DNA of 64,000 bases from the human T2T-CHM13v2.0 reference genome, Homo sapiens, in assembly GCF_009914755.1 (NCBI RefSeq), contig NC_060933.1, one strand, 5' to 3'. A program made the translations under genes and the position numbers. The notes under the pieces were generated by a model, which was not told the origin of the DNA, ran no database searches, and saw nothing but the letters and a program-made list of their open reading frames with translations. Shown one piece after another: positions 14,077 to 27,432 of the stretch; position 1 is the stretch's first letter, and each line of letters begins with the position of its first letter.

Positions 14077-17000
14077 ATGTGCTGTGTGGTGTGTGGTGTG
14101 TGGTGTGTGGTGTGTGGTGTGTGGTGTGCTGTGTGTGGTGTATGTGTGGTGTGTGTGGCATGTGTGTAGTGTATGTGGTGTGGTGTGTGTGCTGTGGTGT
14201 GCTATGTGTGGTGTGTGATGTGTGTGGTGTGTGTGTATGACGTGCCTGTGGTGTGGTGTGCTGTGTGTGGTGTCAGTGTGTGTGGTGTATGTGTGATGTG
14301 CTGGTGTGTGTGGTATGTGGTGTGTGGTGTGTCTGTGGTATGTATTGTGTGTGGTGTGTAGTGTGTGTGGTGTGTGTGTGTGGCATGTGTGGTGTGTTTA
14401 GTGTTTGGTGTATTGTGATGTGTGTGGCGTGGTGTGTGTGGTGTGCATGTGGTGTGTGTGGCATATGTGGTGTTTGTGTGGTGTATGTGTGTGTGGTGCG
14501 TGTGTGTGGCATGTGTGGTATGTGTGGTGCGATGTGTGCTGCATGTGGTGTGTGTGGTGTTTGTGTGCTGCATGTGGTGTGTGGTGTGTGTGGTGTGTAT
14601 GATGAGGTGTGGTGTGTGTGGTGTATGTATGGCATGTGTGTGGTGTGTATGGTGAGGTGTGGTGTGTGTGGTGTGTATGGTGAGGTGTGTGTGTGGTGTG
14701 TATGGTGAGGTGTGGTGTGTGTGGTGTGTATGGTGAGGTGTGTGTGTGGTGTGTATGGTGAGGTGTGGTGTGTGTGGTGTGTATGGTGAGGTGTGGTATG
14801 TGTGGTGTGTGTGGTGTGCATGTGGCGTGTGTGGTGTGTATGATGAGGTGTGGCGTGTGTGGTGTGTGTGGTGTGTGTGGCATGTGTGTGGTGTGTATGG
14901 TGAGGTGTGGTATGTGTGGTGTGTGTGGTGTGTGTGTGGCATGTGTGTGGTGTGTATGGTGAGGTGTGGTATGTGTGGTGTGTGTGGTGTGTGTGTGGCG
15001 TGTGTGTGGTGTGTATGGTGAGGTGTGGTGTGTGTGTTGTGTGTGTGGCATGTGTGTTGTGTGTGTGGCATGTGTGTGGTGTGTATGGTGAGGTGTGGTG
15101 TGTGTGGTGTGTATGGTGAGGTGTGTGTGTGGTGTGTATGGTGAGGTGTGGTGTGTGTGGTGTGTATGGTGAGGTGTGTGTGTGGTGTGTATGGTGAGGT
15201 GTGGTGTGTGTGGTGTGTATGGTGAGGTGTGGTATGTGTGGTGTGTGTGGTGTGCATGTGGCGTGTGTGGTGTGTATGATGAGGTGTGGCGTGTGTGGTG
15301 TGTGTGGTGTGTGTGGCATGTGTGTGGTGTGTATGGTGAGGTGTGGTATGTGTGGTGTGTGTGGTGTGTGTGTGGCATGTGTGTGGTGTGTATGGTGAGG
15401 TGTGGTATGTGTGGTGTGTGTGGTGTGTGTGTGGCGTGTGTGTGGTGTGTATGGTGAGGTGTGGTGTGTGTGTTGTGTGTGTGGCGTGTGTGGTGTGTAT
15501 GATGAGGTGTGGCGTGTGTGGTGTGTGTGGTGTGTGTGGCATGTGTGTGGTGTGTATGGTGAGGTGTGGTATGTGTGGTGTGTATGGTGTGTGTGGCGTG
15601 TGTGTGGTGTGTATGGTGAGGTGTGATATGTGTGGTGTGTGTGGCATGTGTGTGGTGTGTATGGTGAGGTGTGGTGTGTGTGGTGTGTATGGTGAGGTGT
15701 GTGTGTGGTGTGTATGGTGAGGTGTGTGTGTGGTGTGTATGGTGAGGTGTGTGTGTGGTGTGTGTGGTGAGGTGTGGTGTGTGTGGTGTGTATGGTGAGG
15801 TGTGGTATGTGTGGTGTGTGTGGTGTGCATGTGGCGTGTGTGGTGTGTATGATGAGGTGTGGCGTGTGTGGTGTGTGTGGTGTGTGTGGCATGTGTGGTG
15901 TGTATGGTGAGGTGTGGTATGTGTGGTGTGTGTGGTGTGTGTGTGGCATGTGTGTGGTGTGTATGGTGAGGTGTGGTATGTGTGGTGTGTGTGGTGTGTG
16001 TGTGGCGTGTGTGTGGTGTGTATGGTGAGGTGTGGTGTGTGTGTTGAGTGTGTGGCGTGTGTGGTGTGTATGATGAGGTGTGGCGTGTGTGGTGTGTGTG
16101 GTGTGTGTGGCATGTGTGTGGTGTGTATGGTGAGGTGTGGTATGTGTGGTGTGTGTGGTGTGTGTGGCATGTGTGTGGTGTGTATGGTGAGGTGTGGTAT
16201 GTGTGGTGTGTGTGGCATGTGTGTGGTATGTGTGGTGTGTGTGGCATGTGTGTGGTGTGTATGGTGAGGTGTGGTGTGTGTGGTGTGTGTGGTGTGTGTG
16301 GTGTGTGTGTGGCGTGTGTGGTGTGTATGGTGAGGGGTGGTGTGTGTGGTGTGTGTGTGGCGTGTGTGGTGTGTATGGTGAGGTGTGGCGTGTGTGGTGT
16401 GTGTGGTGTGTGTGTGGCGTGTATGGTGAGGTGTGGTGTGTGTGGTGTGTGTGGTGTGTGTGTGGCGTGTGTGTGGTGTGTATGATGAGGTGTGGTGTGT
16501 GTGGTGTGTGTGTTGTGTGTGTGGCGTGTGTGGTGTGTATGATGAGGTGTGGCGTGTGTGGTGTGTGTGGTGTGTGTGGCATGTGTGTGGTGTGTATGGT
16601 GAGGTGTGGTGTGTGTGGTGTGTGTGTGGCGTGTGTGGTGTGTATGGTGAGGGGTGGTGTGTGTGGTGTGTGTGTGGCGTGTGTGGTGTGTATGGTGAGG
16701 TGTGGCGTGTGTGGTGTGTGTGGTGTGTGGCGTGTGTGTGGTGTGTATGGTGAGGTGTGGTGTGTGTGGTGTGTGTGGTGTGTGTGTGGCGTGTGTGTGG
16801 TGTGTATGATGAGGTGTGGTGTGTGTGGTGTGTGTGTGGCGTGTGTGTGGTGTGTATGATGAGGTGTGGTGTGTGTGGTGTGTGTGTGGCGTGTGTGGTG
16901 TGTATGGTGAAGTGTGGTGTGTGTGGTGTGTGTGTGGCATGTGTGTGGTGTGTATGGTGAGGGGTGGTGTGTGTGGTGTGTGTGGTGTGTGTGGCGTGTG

Positions 17001-17695
17001 TGTGGTGTGTATGGTGAGGGGTGGTGTGTGTGGTGTGTGTGTGGCGTGTGTGGTGTGTATGATGAGGTGTGGTATGTGTGGTGTGTGTGGTGTGTGTGTG
17101 GCGTGTGTGTGGTGTGTATGGTGAGGGGTGGTGTGTGTGGTGTGTGTGGTGTGTGTGTGGCGTGTGTGTGGTGTGTATGGTGAGGGGTGGTGTGTGTGGT
17201 GTGTGTGGTGTGTGTGTGGCGTGTGTGGCGTGTATGGTGAGGGGTGGTGTGTGTGGTGTGTGTGGTGTGTTGTGGCATGTGTGTGGTGTGTATGGCGAGG
17301 GGTGGTGTGTGTGGTGTGTGTGTGGCGTGTGTGGTGTGTATGATGAGGTGTGGTATGTGTGGTGTGTGTGGTGTGTGTGTGGCGTGTGTGTGGTGTGTAT
17401 GGTAAGGGGTGGTGTGTGTGGTGTGTGTGGTGTGTGTGGCGTGTGTGTGGTGTGTATGGTGAGGGGTGGTGTGTGTGGTGTGTGTGGTGTGTGTGTGGCG
17501 TGTGTGTGGTGTGTATGGTGAGGGGTGGTGTGTGTGGTGTGTGTGGTGTGTGTGTGGCGTGTGTGTGGTGTGTATGGTGAGGGGTGGTGTGTGTGGTGTG
17601 TGTGGTGTGTGTGTGGCGTGTGTGGTGTGTATGGTGAGGGGTGGTGTGTGTGGTGTGTGTGGTATGTGTGGTGTGTGTGGTGTGTGTGGCGTGTG
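14077..17695. repeat. 3.6-kb complex GT-rich tandem array: (GT)n/GGT backbone punctuated by gtgtatggtgagg variants
   Basis: Direct reading; identical ORF translations at 14740 and 15176 indicate a 436-bp higher-order duplication. Confidence 0.97.
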
Positions 17696-17830
17696 CACAC
17701 GTGTTCGAGGGCATGTGGGTGTTTCTGCCACTGGGCCCCCCCTCACTATTTTCTCCATCACACCCTTTCATGAGATCTTCTGCCATGTGACTCAGTGGTG
17801 TGTGGTTTGTGGTGTGTGTAGTGTGTCTTA

Positions 17831-18056
17831 GCCTGTGATCCCAGCACTTTGGGAGGCCTAGGCAGGAGGATCCCTCAGCCCAGGAGTTTGAGTACAGCCT
17901 GGGTCACACGGAGAGACCCCTGTCTCTACAAAACATTAAAAAAAAATGAGCTGGGCATGGTTGCTGGCGCCTGTGGTCCCAGCTACTCCCGAGGTTGGGA
18001 TGGGAGACTGAGCAATAGAGCTAGACCTCCCGTCCCTGAAAAAAGAGAAAAAAAGC
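17831..18056 (+). mobile_element. Alu (AluJ-type), 5'-truncated with internal deletion
   Basis: gcctgtgatcccagcactttgggagg...gcctgtggtcccagctac, A tail. Confidence 0.85.
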
Positions 18057-18069
18057 AGTAACCACGAAG

Positions 18070-18660
18070 TGTTACATTTTATAAAACAAGAGAAAGTGTG
18101 CAGACTGCACCTGGCTGTGCCCCTCCCACTGAAGAGTTGTTTGAAGGTCTCTGCCTTGGAAACCCCCACATTAGACAAACACCCTCGCCCATTCCTCTGA
18201 TCAGGGAGGCACGAAGTAAAATTCCTGGGCCGAGGGGCTGCCCATGTGTCAGATGTTTTGTGTGTGGGTAAAAATTGCTACTGTATTTCCTTCTAGAATG
18301 GTAGTGGGGAAACTGACGGCCTTTTCCCTCCGTGTCATTAACATAAAAATCATTGCCAATTTAGTAGGTGTAAAGAGATGTCTTCGTCCTTTTAATTGTT
18401 ACATTTGGAGCTTTGTGCAGTCACACATTTGACGGACTTGTTGGCTGCATTGTGTGAGTTGGTGATCCTGGCCATAGCCTGTTTTTTTTCCTAATGGGAT
18501 GGCCGTCTTTCTTAAACGCATTTGCAGGAGCTCTTTATATTAATAATATAAAATCTTTTTCAATTGCGTGGATTCCGAATGTTTTCCCAAGATCATCTTT
18601 GTCCTTTAGTTTTGTCTTGGGCTACATAATTTACATTTGCAGTTGAACTTTCACTTTTTC
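18070..18660 (-). mobile_element. Old L1M fragment
   Basis: T-rich antisense L1-like text (ttgcaggagctctttatattaataatata...gaatgttttcccaag). Confidence 0.6.
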
Positions 18661-19379
18661 CTTGGTGGTGGTCTTGAGGGTGTGTGTGTTGGGTGGTTTG
18701 AAGGGTGAGGCCTGGGAGGGGGGGCGCTGGGACAGTGGCCCCGGGCCAGGTGCGGTCATGGCGTGGCTGGGGCTGGGGGTTGGCTGCCCTTTGAGGCTCT
18801 GCTCTGCGCTCTTGGACGCTTTCCGGCTGCGGGTTGCGTGTTGGTCCGATGAACTCTTCCTGGAAGTGCGTTTCGTGGTAGGATGGTTCAGGGTCACCCC
18901 CGTTGGCTCCTGTCAGCCTAAACAGGACATTCTGTTGCAGTAACACAAATTATGCTTTGTTTGTTGGAAAATCGGCAAGATATGCAAGTGTGTGTGTGAG
19001 CTTGTGCAAGGAAATGGGGCAAGAGTCACCCAATTAGCAGTTTTAAAAAGCTCATCCTTAAAAATCCACTTCCTTTGGCGTCTGAGGGGCTGGGCGCCTC
19101 GCCCAGGGCTCAGCTCTCCGGTGTCATGGGAAGTCCTTCTGAGGGGGTCACAGTGAGCACGAGGGGAGCTAGCCCAGGGCAGCAGCCCACGAGCATCCAA
19201 GGCAGACAGGACCCTGGATCCCCATGCCTCTGTTCCCCCTGACCTAGCCCCCCTGCCCCCAAAAAAGCAGGCAAGCCAGGGGCTCCCTGAGCTTTTCCAG
19301 TGCATTCCATCAAGGGGCATGGAGGTCACGTTTGCTCTGGACAAGATCACACCTGAATGGTGCCAGAAACCTGCTTCCT

Positions 19380-19490
19380 AGCACAGTGTTCTGGGTGGTG
19401 GGCACTGCTGAGGCTTCTCTTCAGACCCATTTTACAGATGGGCATGCTGAGGTCAGGTAATGGGGCCAATGTGCCTGACACCCAGAGCAG
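19380..19490 (-). mobile_element. MIR fragment
   Basis: cccattttacagatgggcatgctgaggtc MIR core. Confidence 0.6.
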
Positions 19491-19690
19491 GCCTGGGAGC
19501 GAGAGGCCCAGGCAGGGCAGGAATCCCTTCTGCTTCTGCCCCAGTGCTTTCTGCCCCACCGTCACAGGACTGCGGGGAAAACAGCGAGATGCAGGTCCTG
19601 CCATCTATCGGCAGCCTAAGAAAAGGCCGGGGAGCCGACCTCTGCCTGTGGAGGAACCCCGACTTCCCACTACTGAAATGAGGTTGGTTT

Positions 19691-19984
<294 letters not shown>

Positions 19985-21324
19985 TGAAGTTAGTCCCTGT
20001 TCCCAGTTTCTGCCTCCGTGGGATGGGACAGAGCTTCTGGGATAGGGTCGCAGATACTGAGAACATAGTCACTGGCACCCAGCAGGTGTTTGGTTGGTGG
20101 TGACGATGCTGTAGGACAGGCAAGGGATGCATTTGTACATGTTGATTGTTCTAACGTGAATGCCTCCTGGAAGATGGCGCCGGGGCTCTCTGCCTGGAGA
20201 GGGAGGAGTGATTTGATGGTTTTCCTGATGCACCTATCCGGCAAGTGCCCTCGTTCCCAGATGTGCAAAGCTTCAGCCATCTGGAAAGTGGTCAGTTGGC
20301 CAGCCCCCTCAGGATGCGCTGGAGCCAGTCCACCTTGCACCTCCCAACCACCCCCCTGGGTGACGAGGATCGTGGCCAGGCCCAGGTCCTTGGACTCCTG
20401 AGGACCAGGAAACTTGGAACGGAGGACCTGCCCTGGGGTCCTGAGGCCTGGTAGCAAGTCCTGGCTCCATCTTTCTCCAGCTGGGCGATCCCTTGTCAGA
20501 GCCTCAGTGTTCCCATCCATAAAATGGGCCTGATGAACGCTGTCTGTTTGTCCCACCCCCCTTAATGAGAACCGTGAATGGCAGTGTCAGTTTCTGAGGT
20601 CACCTTTTAGGTGCCATCCAAATGCAGAGCCTTCTGACCCCGAGTGTTTGTCCTGTCCCTCCTGTGGGTCCACAGCTCCTTCTTGCCTGCTGCCTCCTGG
20701 TCCTCCCAGGTCCCCGGGGAGGTCACAGACGCTCCTCCAGCTGTCTGCAGAGTCTGGGTCTTGGATTATGGAAGCTTGGGGTGGCCGTCTGGGAGGACAC
20801 GCTGGCTCCCATACCCACGTGGCTGCCTCATTTCCACCGGCTGAGCCAGCAGACACGTGGCTCCAGGCCAGCGCCCAAAGACTTTCCATGGTGGGGGGCA
20901 GGGCGGAGGCTCAGGGAAGCCGACAAGGGGCTCTGAGCCCACATGCTGCTGCTCACGTCCAGAGCCCAAACTCGGGATACGCTGGGTGTGGGGGACACAG
21001 CGTCCTCAGGACGGAGGCCTGGAGCTTCTGACCTGCTGGGTGGGCAGTGGGAGGGGGCTAGAGGCAGGGTTGTCTCCAGCCTTTCCAGACAGGAGAGGGG
21101 TGACCCCAAAGTCCCCCTCGAGCCAGCCACAGCCGGCCTTGGAGCTGGAGTCCTGACCCCCGACCAGGTTTGAGGCTGAGCTAAGAGGACATTATGGGGG
21201 CTCAGAGCCCAGGGGACCCCCCACACCTCAGGCTGGGCAAGGGTTGGCAGGGCGCCTGACCTAGCTCCAAAGCTTCCAGGTACTTGGAGGGTTTGATTTT
21301 TCTTCCCATCCTCCCTGCCCGGAA

Positions 21325-21572
21325 TTCAATTAATCAATAGAAGAAATCCCTGCGTCACACCTCTCTGAGCCCCGCAGGCTCCTACAAGACCGATTAACAC
21401 AAACATCAATTTCTTGGGCTGCGCGCCTCCGAAAACACGGTACTTTTTCAGATTGAATTGCTACTGTGTGCCCGGTGTAAATAAAGGAGAGGGAGTAATA
21501 TGGAAGATTTGTGACTGTGTGCGGCGCGGCTCCGCTTCCCACTCCGCCGGTGCTATTAGGCGCTGCAGTGCG
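21325..21572. promoter_or_regulatory. Candidate enhancer / conserved non-coding element
   Basis: AT-rich non-repeat island: ATCAAT x2 (21333, 21405), TGCGTCA (21351), FOX-type TGTAAATAAA (21476), retained CpG cluster 21520-21572. Conservation not verified. Confidence 0.5.
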
Positions 21573-21574
21573 GG

Positions 21575-21940
21575 GTGGAGGGAGGGAGAGACAGAAGGAG
21601 AGTGGAGGGACAGAGAGGGGGCAGACCACTGGGCAGGGCGAGAGAGGACAGAGAGAGAGGGAGAGAGAGAGATGACAGGGAGGGAGACACATACACTCAG
21701 ACAGAGAGACAGACACAGAGGGAGATACAGAGACAGAGGGAGAGTGGAGAGGCAGAGAGGGCGGGAGACCATTGCGGGGATGAGAGAGGACAGAGAGAAA
21801 GCAACAGAGAGAGAGAGGCAGAAATTGAGAGTGGTGGAGGGAGGTTGGGAGCAAGAGAGAGAGAGAGAGAGGAAGAGGGAGAGAGAGAGGAAGAGGGAGA
21901 GAGAGGGAGGTGAAAAGAGAGCAAGGAGGTGCGGAAAGGC
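21575..21940. repeat. GA-rich low-complexity polypurine tract
   Basis: (GA)n/GACA/GAGG mixture. Confidence 0.9.
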
Positions 21941-22464
21941 AGGCGAGGGAGTGGGCGTCCGGCGCAGGGTGGCTGGGAGGGATAGCTAATTGCTTATTCA
22001 TTTTTCCTGGCAGTCTGAAGGGGGTGGCAGCTGAGAGGGGGGTGGCACTGCTGGTCTTGAAGCAGCTGCTGGTGGGGTGGCCGAGGTGGCCCTGCCATGG
22101 GAGGACGGGCTCTCCTGCTCCCTCCCTCCTTCCATCTGGTGCAAAGCAGGGCCTGATGGAGCAGGTCCAACCCAGGCGCGTGGTGGGAGTAAGGACCCGA
22201 AGGTCTTGCTCAGAGGCCGAGAAGGCCAAGTCCGGAGCAGGGAGACTTGGTGAGACCCCGGGTGAGGCCCAGGGCACTGAGCAGAGTGGGATAGGGGCTC
22301 CTCCTCGCAGCCACACGCCCCCCTGCTGGGCTCCCTGTGGCTAGTGCCCTCCCCAGTGTGTCCCCAAGGCCCTGGGCCTCTCCGTCCTACCATGCGCCTC
22401 TCCATCCCACCGTCCACCTCCCACCTCCCCGCAGCCGGGTTCCAGACCGGCGCTGTACAGGAAC

Positions 22465-22665
22465 CAGAATGCGTGTGAGCCACACAGCAAAGTTTCAATT
22501 TTGTAACAACCATCTACAAAGGGAAAACGGGACAGGTGCCATTAGTTTCAATAATGAGCTTTGAACTCAACGTACTCCAAATGCAGTCATCTCAACAGGT
22601 AATCAACACAGAACAATGCCTCCTGCAATCACTTTTCATGTTGAGTCTTTGGGACAGGGCTGTAT
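22465..22665. promoter_or_regulatory. Candidate enhancer / conserved non-coding element
   Basis: AT-rich island with TCF/LEF CTTTGAA (22559), SOX AACAATG (22612), ACAAAG (22516) and TAAT cores. Confidence 0.45.
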
Positions 22666-23413
22666 TTCATAGGCACATGGTCCCCTTAAGAGCCGGCCAC
22701 CTGCGAGCACTCCGGGGCCAGCGAGGCCAGCAGCCCCATGGTGGATGGTGCAGCTCTGGGCCCTGGTTCCAGCCCCTGTGTCCTGACGGTAAATGCTGAG
22801 GCCTCTCTGAGAGCGGATGCTGGGTCCTGGTGACAAAGCTGCCGGTGGCTCGTGGGTCTCCCCTTTACCCGTGAAGGGGCCGGCACAGTGCCCAGCATGG
22901 AGAAGCTCGTGGCAGAGAAAGAACTGCATGTTCCAGGGCAGAATTTCAGCCAGTTCAGCTCCGAGCCACCTGCTCTTGCCCCACTTCCCAACTGTGGAGG
23001 CCCCGGGAGCCTTCTGGGGGCTGAGCACGGGTCCCGGCAGGTCCCAGGCCTTGAGATTACTTCCATCCTTGCTGCCATCGGCTCTTGACCCTTGGTCCCT
23101 GCGTCGGCTCCTGTTGGGCGGCTTTGTGGGGCCGGGTTCTGGGTGTGGAGCGTGGCCTGGACTTCCCAGTCGTCCGAGTGGCTGGAAGCAGGGCCACTGC
23201 TCACAGCACTTCTCCCGCCTCTTCCCAAGGCTGACTCCTGTCCTTCTGTTCCCTCAGAATGGGGCTTGCAGCTTCGGGCAGGTGTTCACCAAGGACTCAA
23301 CAGGTGGGGCCCTGACCCTGGAGCTTGAAGGCTGACGGTCCTACCTTCCCTCTGGAGGTGTCCCCCAAAGGGGGTGGTGGGGTCTTCCGTTTATGTATAA
23401 CTTTTTAATTTAA

Positions 23414-23736
<323 letters not shown>

Positions 23737-24095
23737 AAAACACAGACTTTAGCAGAGTTTATAGGAATCAGCGCCATTGTGGTGGTTAGAGAGGTGATAA
23801 TGCCGCAGACCAGGCTCCCTTGGCAGAGAACTTGACTTTTACCACCTCCCTGCTATCCAGTGAGCCAGGAATTACTGTTTGCGGCCATCAGGAGAGGTCA
23901 CTATGGCTGAGAGAGGGCAGCAGTCACGGGTGGGAAAATACCATGCTGGGCTGATGCCAGTGTCTCTGGACTCTCATTCCAGTGCTCTTTGCACAGCAGC
24001 GCACCCTATCTGGGGTCCCTTCCCCAAGGAGCTTCCCAAGAAGCTGAAACCACCAGCCCCATGGCATGGAGCTTTGAGAGTGCTGTCAGCAGGCA

Positions 24096-24470
24096 CTCAT
24101 TCACTCACTCATTTAGTCACTCACACATTCATTCATTCACTCATTCATCCTTTCAGTCATTCATTCGCCCATTCATTCATTCATCCTTTCAGTCATTCAT
24201 CCACTCATTCATTCATCCTTTCAGTCATTCATTCACTCATTCACTCATCCTTTCAGTCATTCATTGACTCATTCATTCACTTATCCTTTCAGTCATTCAT
24301 TCACTCATTCACTCACTCACTCATTTTTCACTCACTCATTCACTCATTTTTCACTCACTTTCAGGATTACAGGCTTGAGTCACCATGCCTGGCCCACTCA
24401 TTCATTCTTTTGTTCAATTGTTCAACAGGTGTCCACAGACTTTGCTGCGTACCAAACACTGGGCCGATCT
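24096..24470 (-). repeat. (TCAT/TCAC)n microsatellite at an L2 3' tail, containing a ~33-bp Alu 5'-end stub
   Basis: (cattcatt)n followed by ttcaacag... L2-end-like text; ggattacaggcttgagtcaccatgcctggcc at ~24364-24394. Confidence 0.8.
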
Positions 24471-24489
24471 TTCAGATGCAGTGACGCAG

Positions 24490-24620
24490 GAATGATTATC
24501 CCCAGGTTTATATGAGAAAACCAAGGCTCAGAGAGGGTCAGAGACTTGCCTGAGGTCAGACAGCCAGAGAGCAGTGGGGTAGGAGGGACTGAACCCGGGC
24601 AGAGCTCATCTGAAAGCCCC
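24490..24620 (-). mobile_element. MIR fragment
   Basis: atgagaaaaccaaggctcagagagggtcagagacttgcctgaggtca. Confidence 0.7.
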
Positions 24621-24764
24621 TTGACCTGCCTTCTTAGAGTTTCACCCCCGCACTGGATTGGCCCCAACCAGCAGGCCTTCTGCTGCTCCGTCAGTGACAT
24701 TGGGGGTTCTTGGTGGGATAGGGACAGCACGGGTCTCAGCAGGAGCACCAGGAGGAGGTGTGGC

Positions 24765-24875
24765 GAGTCGGGTTGGTGGGGGACACACCGAGAGGTGGGC
24801 TGGTGGGGGACACAGCGGGAGGTGGGCTGGTGTGGCTGGTGGGGGACACACTGGGAGGTGGGCTGGTGGGGGAGA
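24765..24875. repeat. 27-bp G-rich minisatellite (gaggtgggctggtgggggacaca..), ~4 copies
   Basis: Direct reading; GCTGGTGG at 24799, 24835, 24862. Confidence 0.85.
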
Positions 24876-26608
24876 TGCAGCGGGGGTTCTCTGGGCTTCT
24901 GCATCTCTGCCCTGGGGTCAGTCCTGGTGGGGGCTCAGGGGAATGCAGAGACCTGGTTTACCATGAAACTCAGTCTCCTGGAGGAGCAGGTGACTGCCCA
25001 AGGCGTTCAGCAGCTACACCAAGCCAGGGCTTTGCGGGCTGTACCCTGGGACCTGGAGCCCCTCTGTTTCCCCCAGGACTTGAGCCCCCTGGGTTCACCT
25101 TGCTCAAGCCACCCAGAGAGGCCAACGGGAGGACTCAGGAGGAAGACTCTGAGGCTTCCTCTCTCCTGGGGCCTGATTTGGACAGCCTGAGGTTTAGATC
25201 TGCTGCTGTCTCCTCTTGCACAGGGCTGCTCTTACGGCAGATGACTGAGCTGCCCCCGCAGAGCTGCAGCGAAGCTGCGGGCACAGCTGCCTCCTTAAAT
25301 GGCTGGAGCCCCCACTCTCTGCCCCTAGCCCCTTAAAATGAGCTCCTGCTGAAGTCAGGCCCTCGGCAGAGCCTTGGGTGGAAGGCGAGGGCTTCCGGGG
25401 AACTGTGCATTTCGAGTGGCCTCAAGTGAGTGAGTCAGCTTCTGCAGGGGGCTCAGGCAGCGGGCACTTAAGTGTGGCTAATTTGGTACAAGAACACGAT
25501 GCCACTAGCAGGTTCTGCATCTTGGAGAAGCTTGGGGGCCATCAGCACAAAGGGGCTGGGGGAGGACGCTGCATCAGGGGCCTAGTGTGCGGGGGTGGTG
25601 AGTGCGACAGAGGCACTTGGGCTGGGGCCCTGCCAGCCACTGCCTCCTGCCAGGGCCTGGGCTGGGCACCTGTGGCCAGTGGGGACTCGTGGAAAAGGCA
25701 CCCTCCCGCAGGGCAGGGCAGAGCCTCCTGGGAGCGGCACCCTGGGCGAGCTCAGTGTCCAAGGCAGGTCCCACACACCTGCCCACTGCCCTCACTCTCT
25801 CCCTCGCTTCCCTTTTTCGTCCCAGGAGTAACAGGAGGGGTCCAAGGTGAGCACGGTGAGGCAGGGGCTCTGGGTCATCCTCTGCCCGCCTTGCCCCATG
25901 AGCAGAGCCAGCAGCCATGCCAGGGTCACAGCTGGCTGTGAGGTGAAGCTGTGGTTCAGGACTTGGCATTTCTTCTCAAACATGTCCTTGCCTCTTGGTT
26001 CAGAAACACAGATGCCCCCTCAGGTTCCATAAGGAAAGTGAGAGTGAGAGCAGCGGGGTGATGCTGGCGCCACACACCAGACCCTGGCTCCCTATAGCAC
26101 TGCTTCCTGCAGTAAGCCTTCCCGAGTCCTGGGGACACCTCCGGAAGTCTCCTGTCCCACTTCTGCTCTGACACCAGACCCTCCTGGCTGGGTGACCTTG
26201 GATAAGGAATCTTAATGCTCCCTACTCCAAAATGAGTGCCGTGCGCTCAGGGACATCAAGACTAGGAGGTGCTAACCCACTCTCCCTGGCCAGCAGTGAG
26301 GCCAGTAGACACAGAGCTACCCAGGGAAGGACCCGTCCCCCTTGGAGCATGGGTGAAGTGGGCCCTGGGTGCTAAGAGGGGCCCAGCATCAGGAAGACTG
26401 CAGCCCTAATGCCACCCCAGGCGGGATGGCCTGAGAGAGTCTGTGCTGGGAAGGCATTCAGGAAGGCCTGGGAACTCTGATACAGCCTCTCTCCTTCGAG
26501 GCGCTCTCTGGGGATTGGCCTGGGGCAGTGCAGAATCCCAGAGTCCCCGCCTATGTGTCCCCCAGCCCCTGCTTGTCTTGTCTGCCCAGGGCCACAGGGG
26601 AATGGTTA

Positions 26609-27432
<824 letters not shown>

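Noticed and set aside
14202-17786. 1100-1194 aa His/Thr/Pro ORFs as a gene
   Set aside because: Translations of the CA strand of a tandem array, open in all three frames, with no splice or promoter support.
21330-22316. 328-aa minus-strand and 191-aa plus-strand ORFs
   Set aside because: Length driven by the GA/CT low-complexity tract; no recognisable domain.
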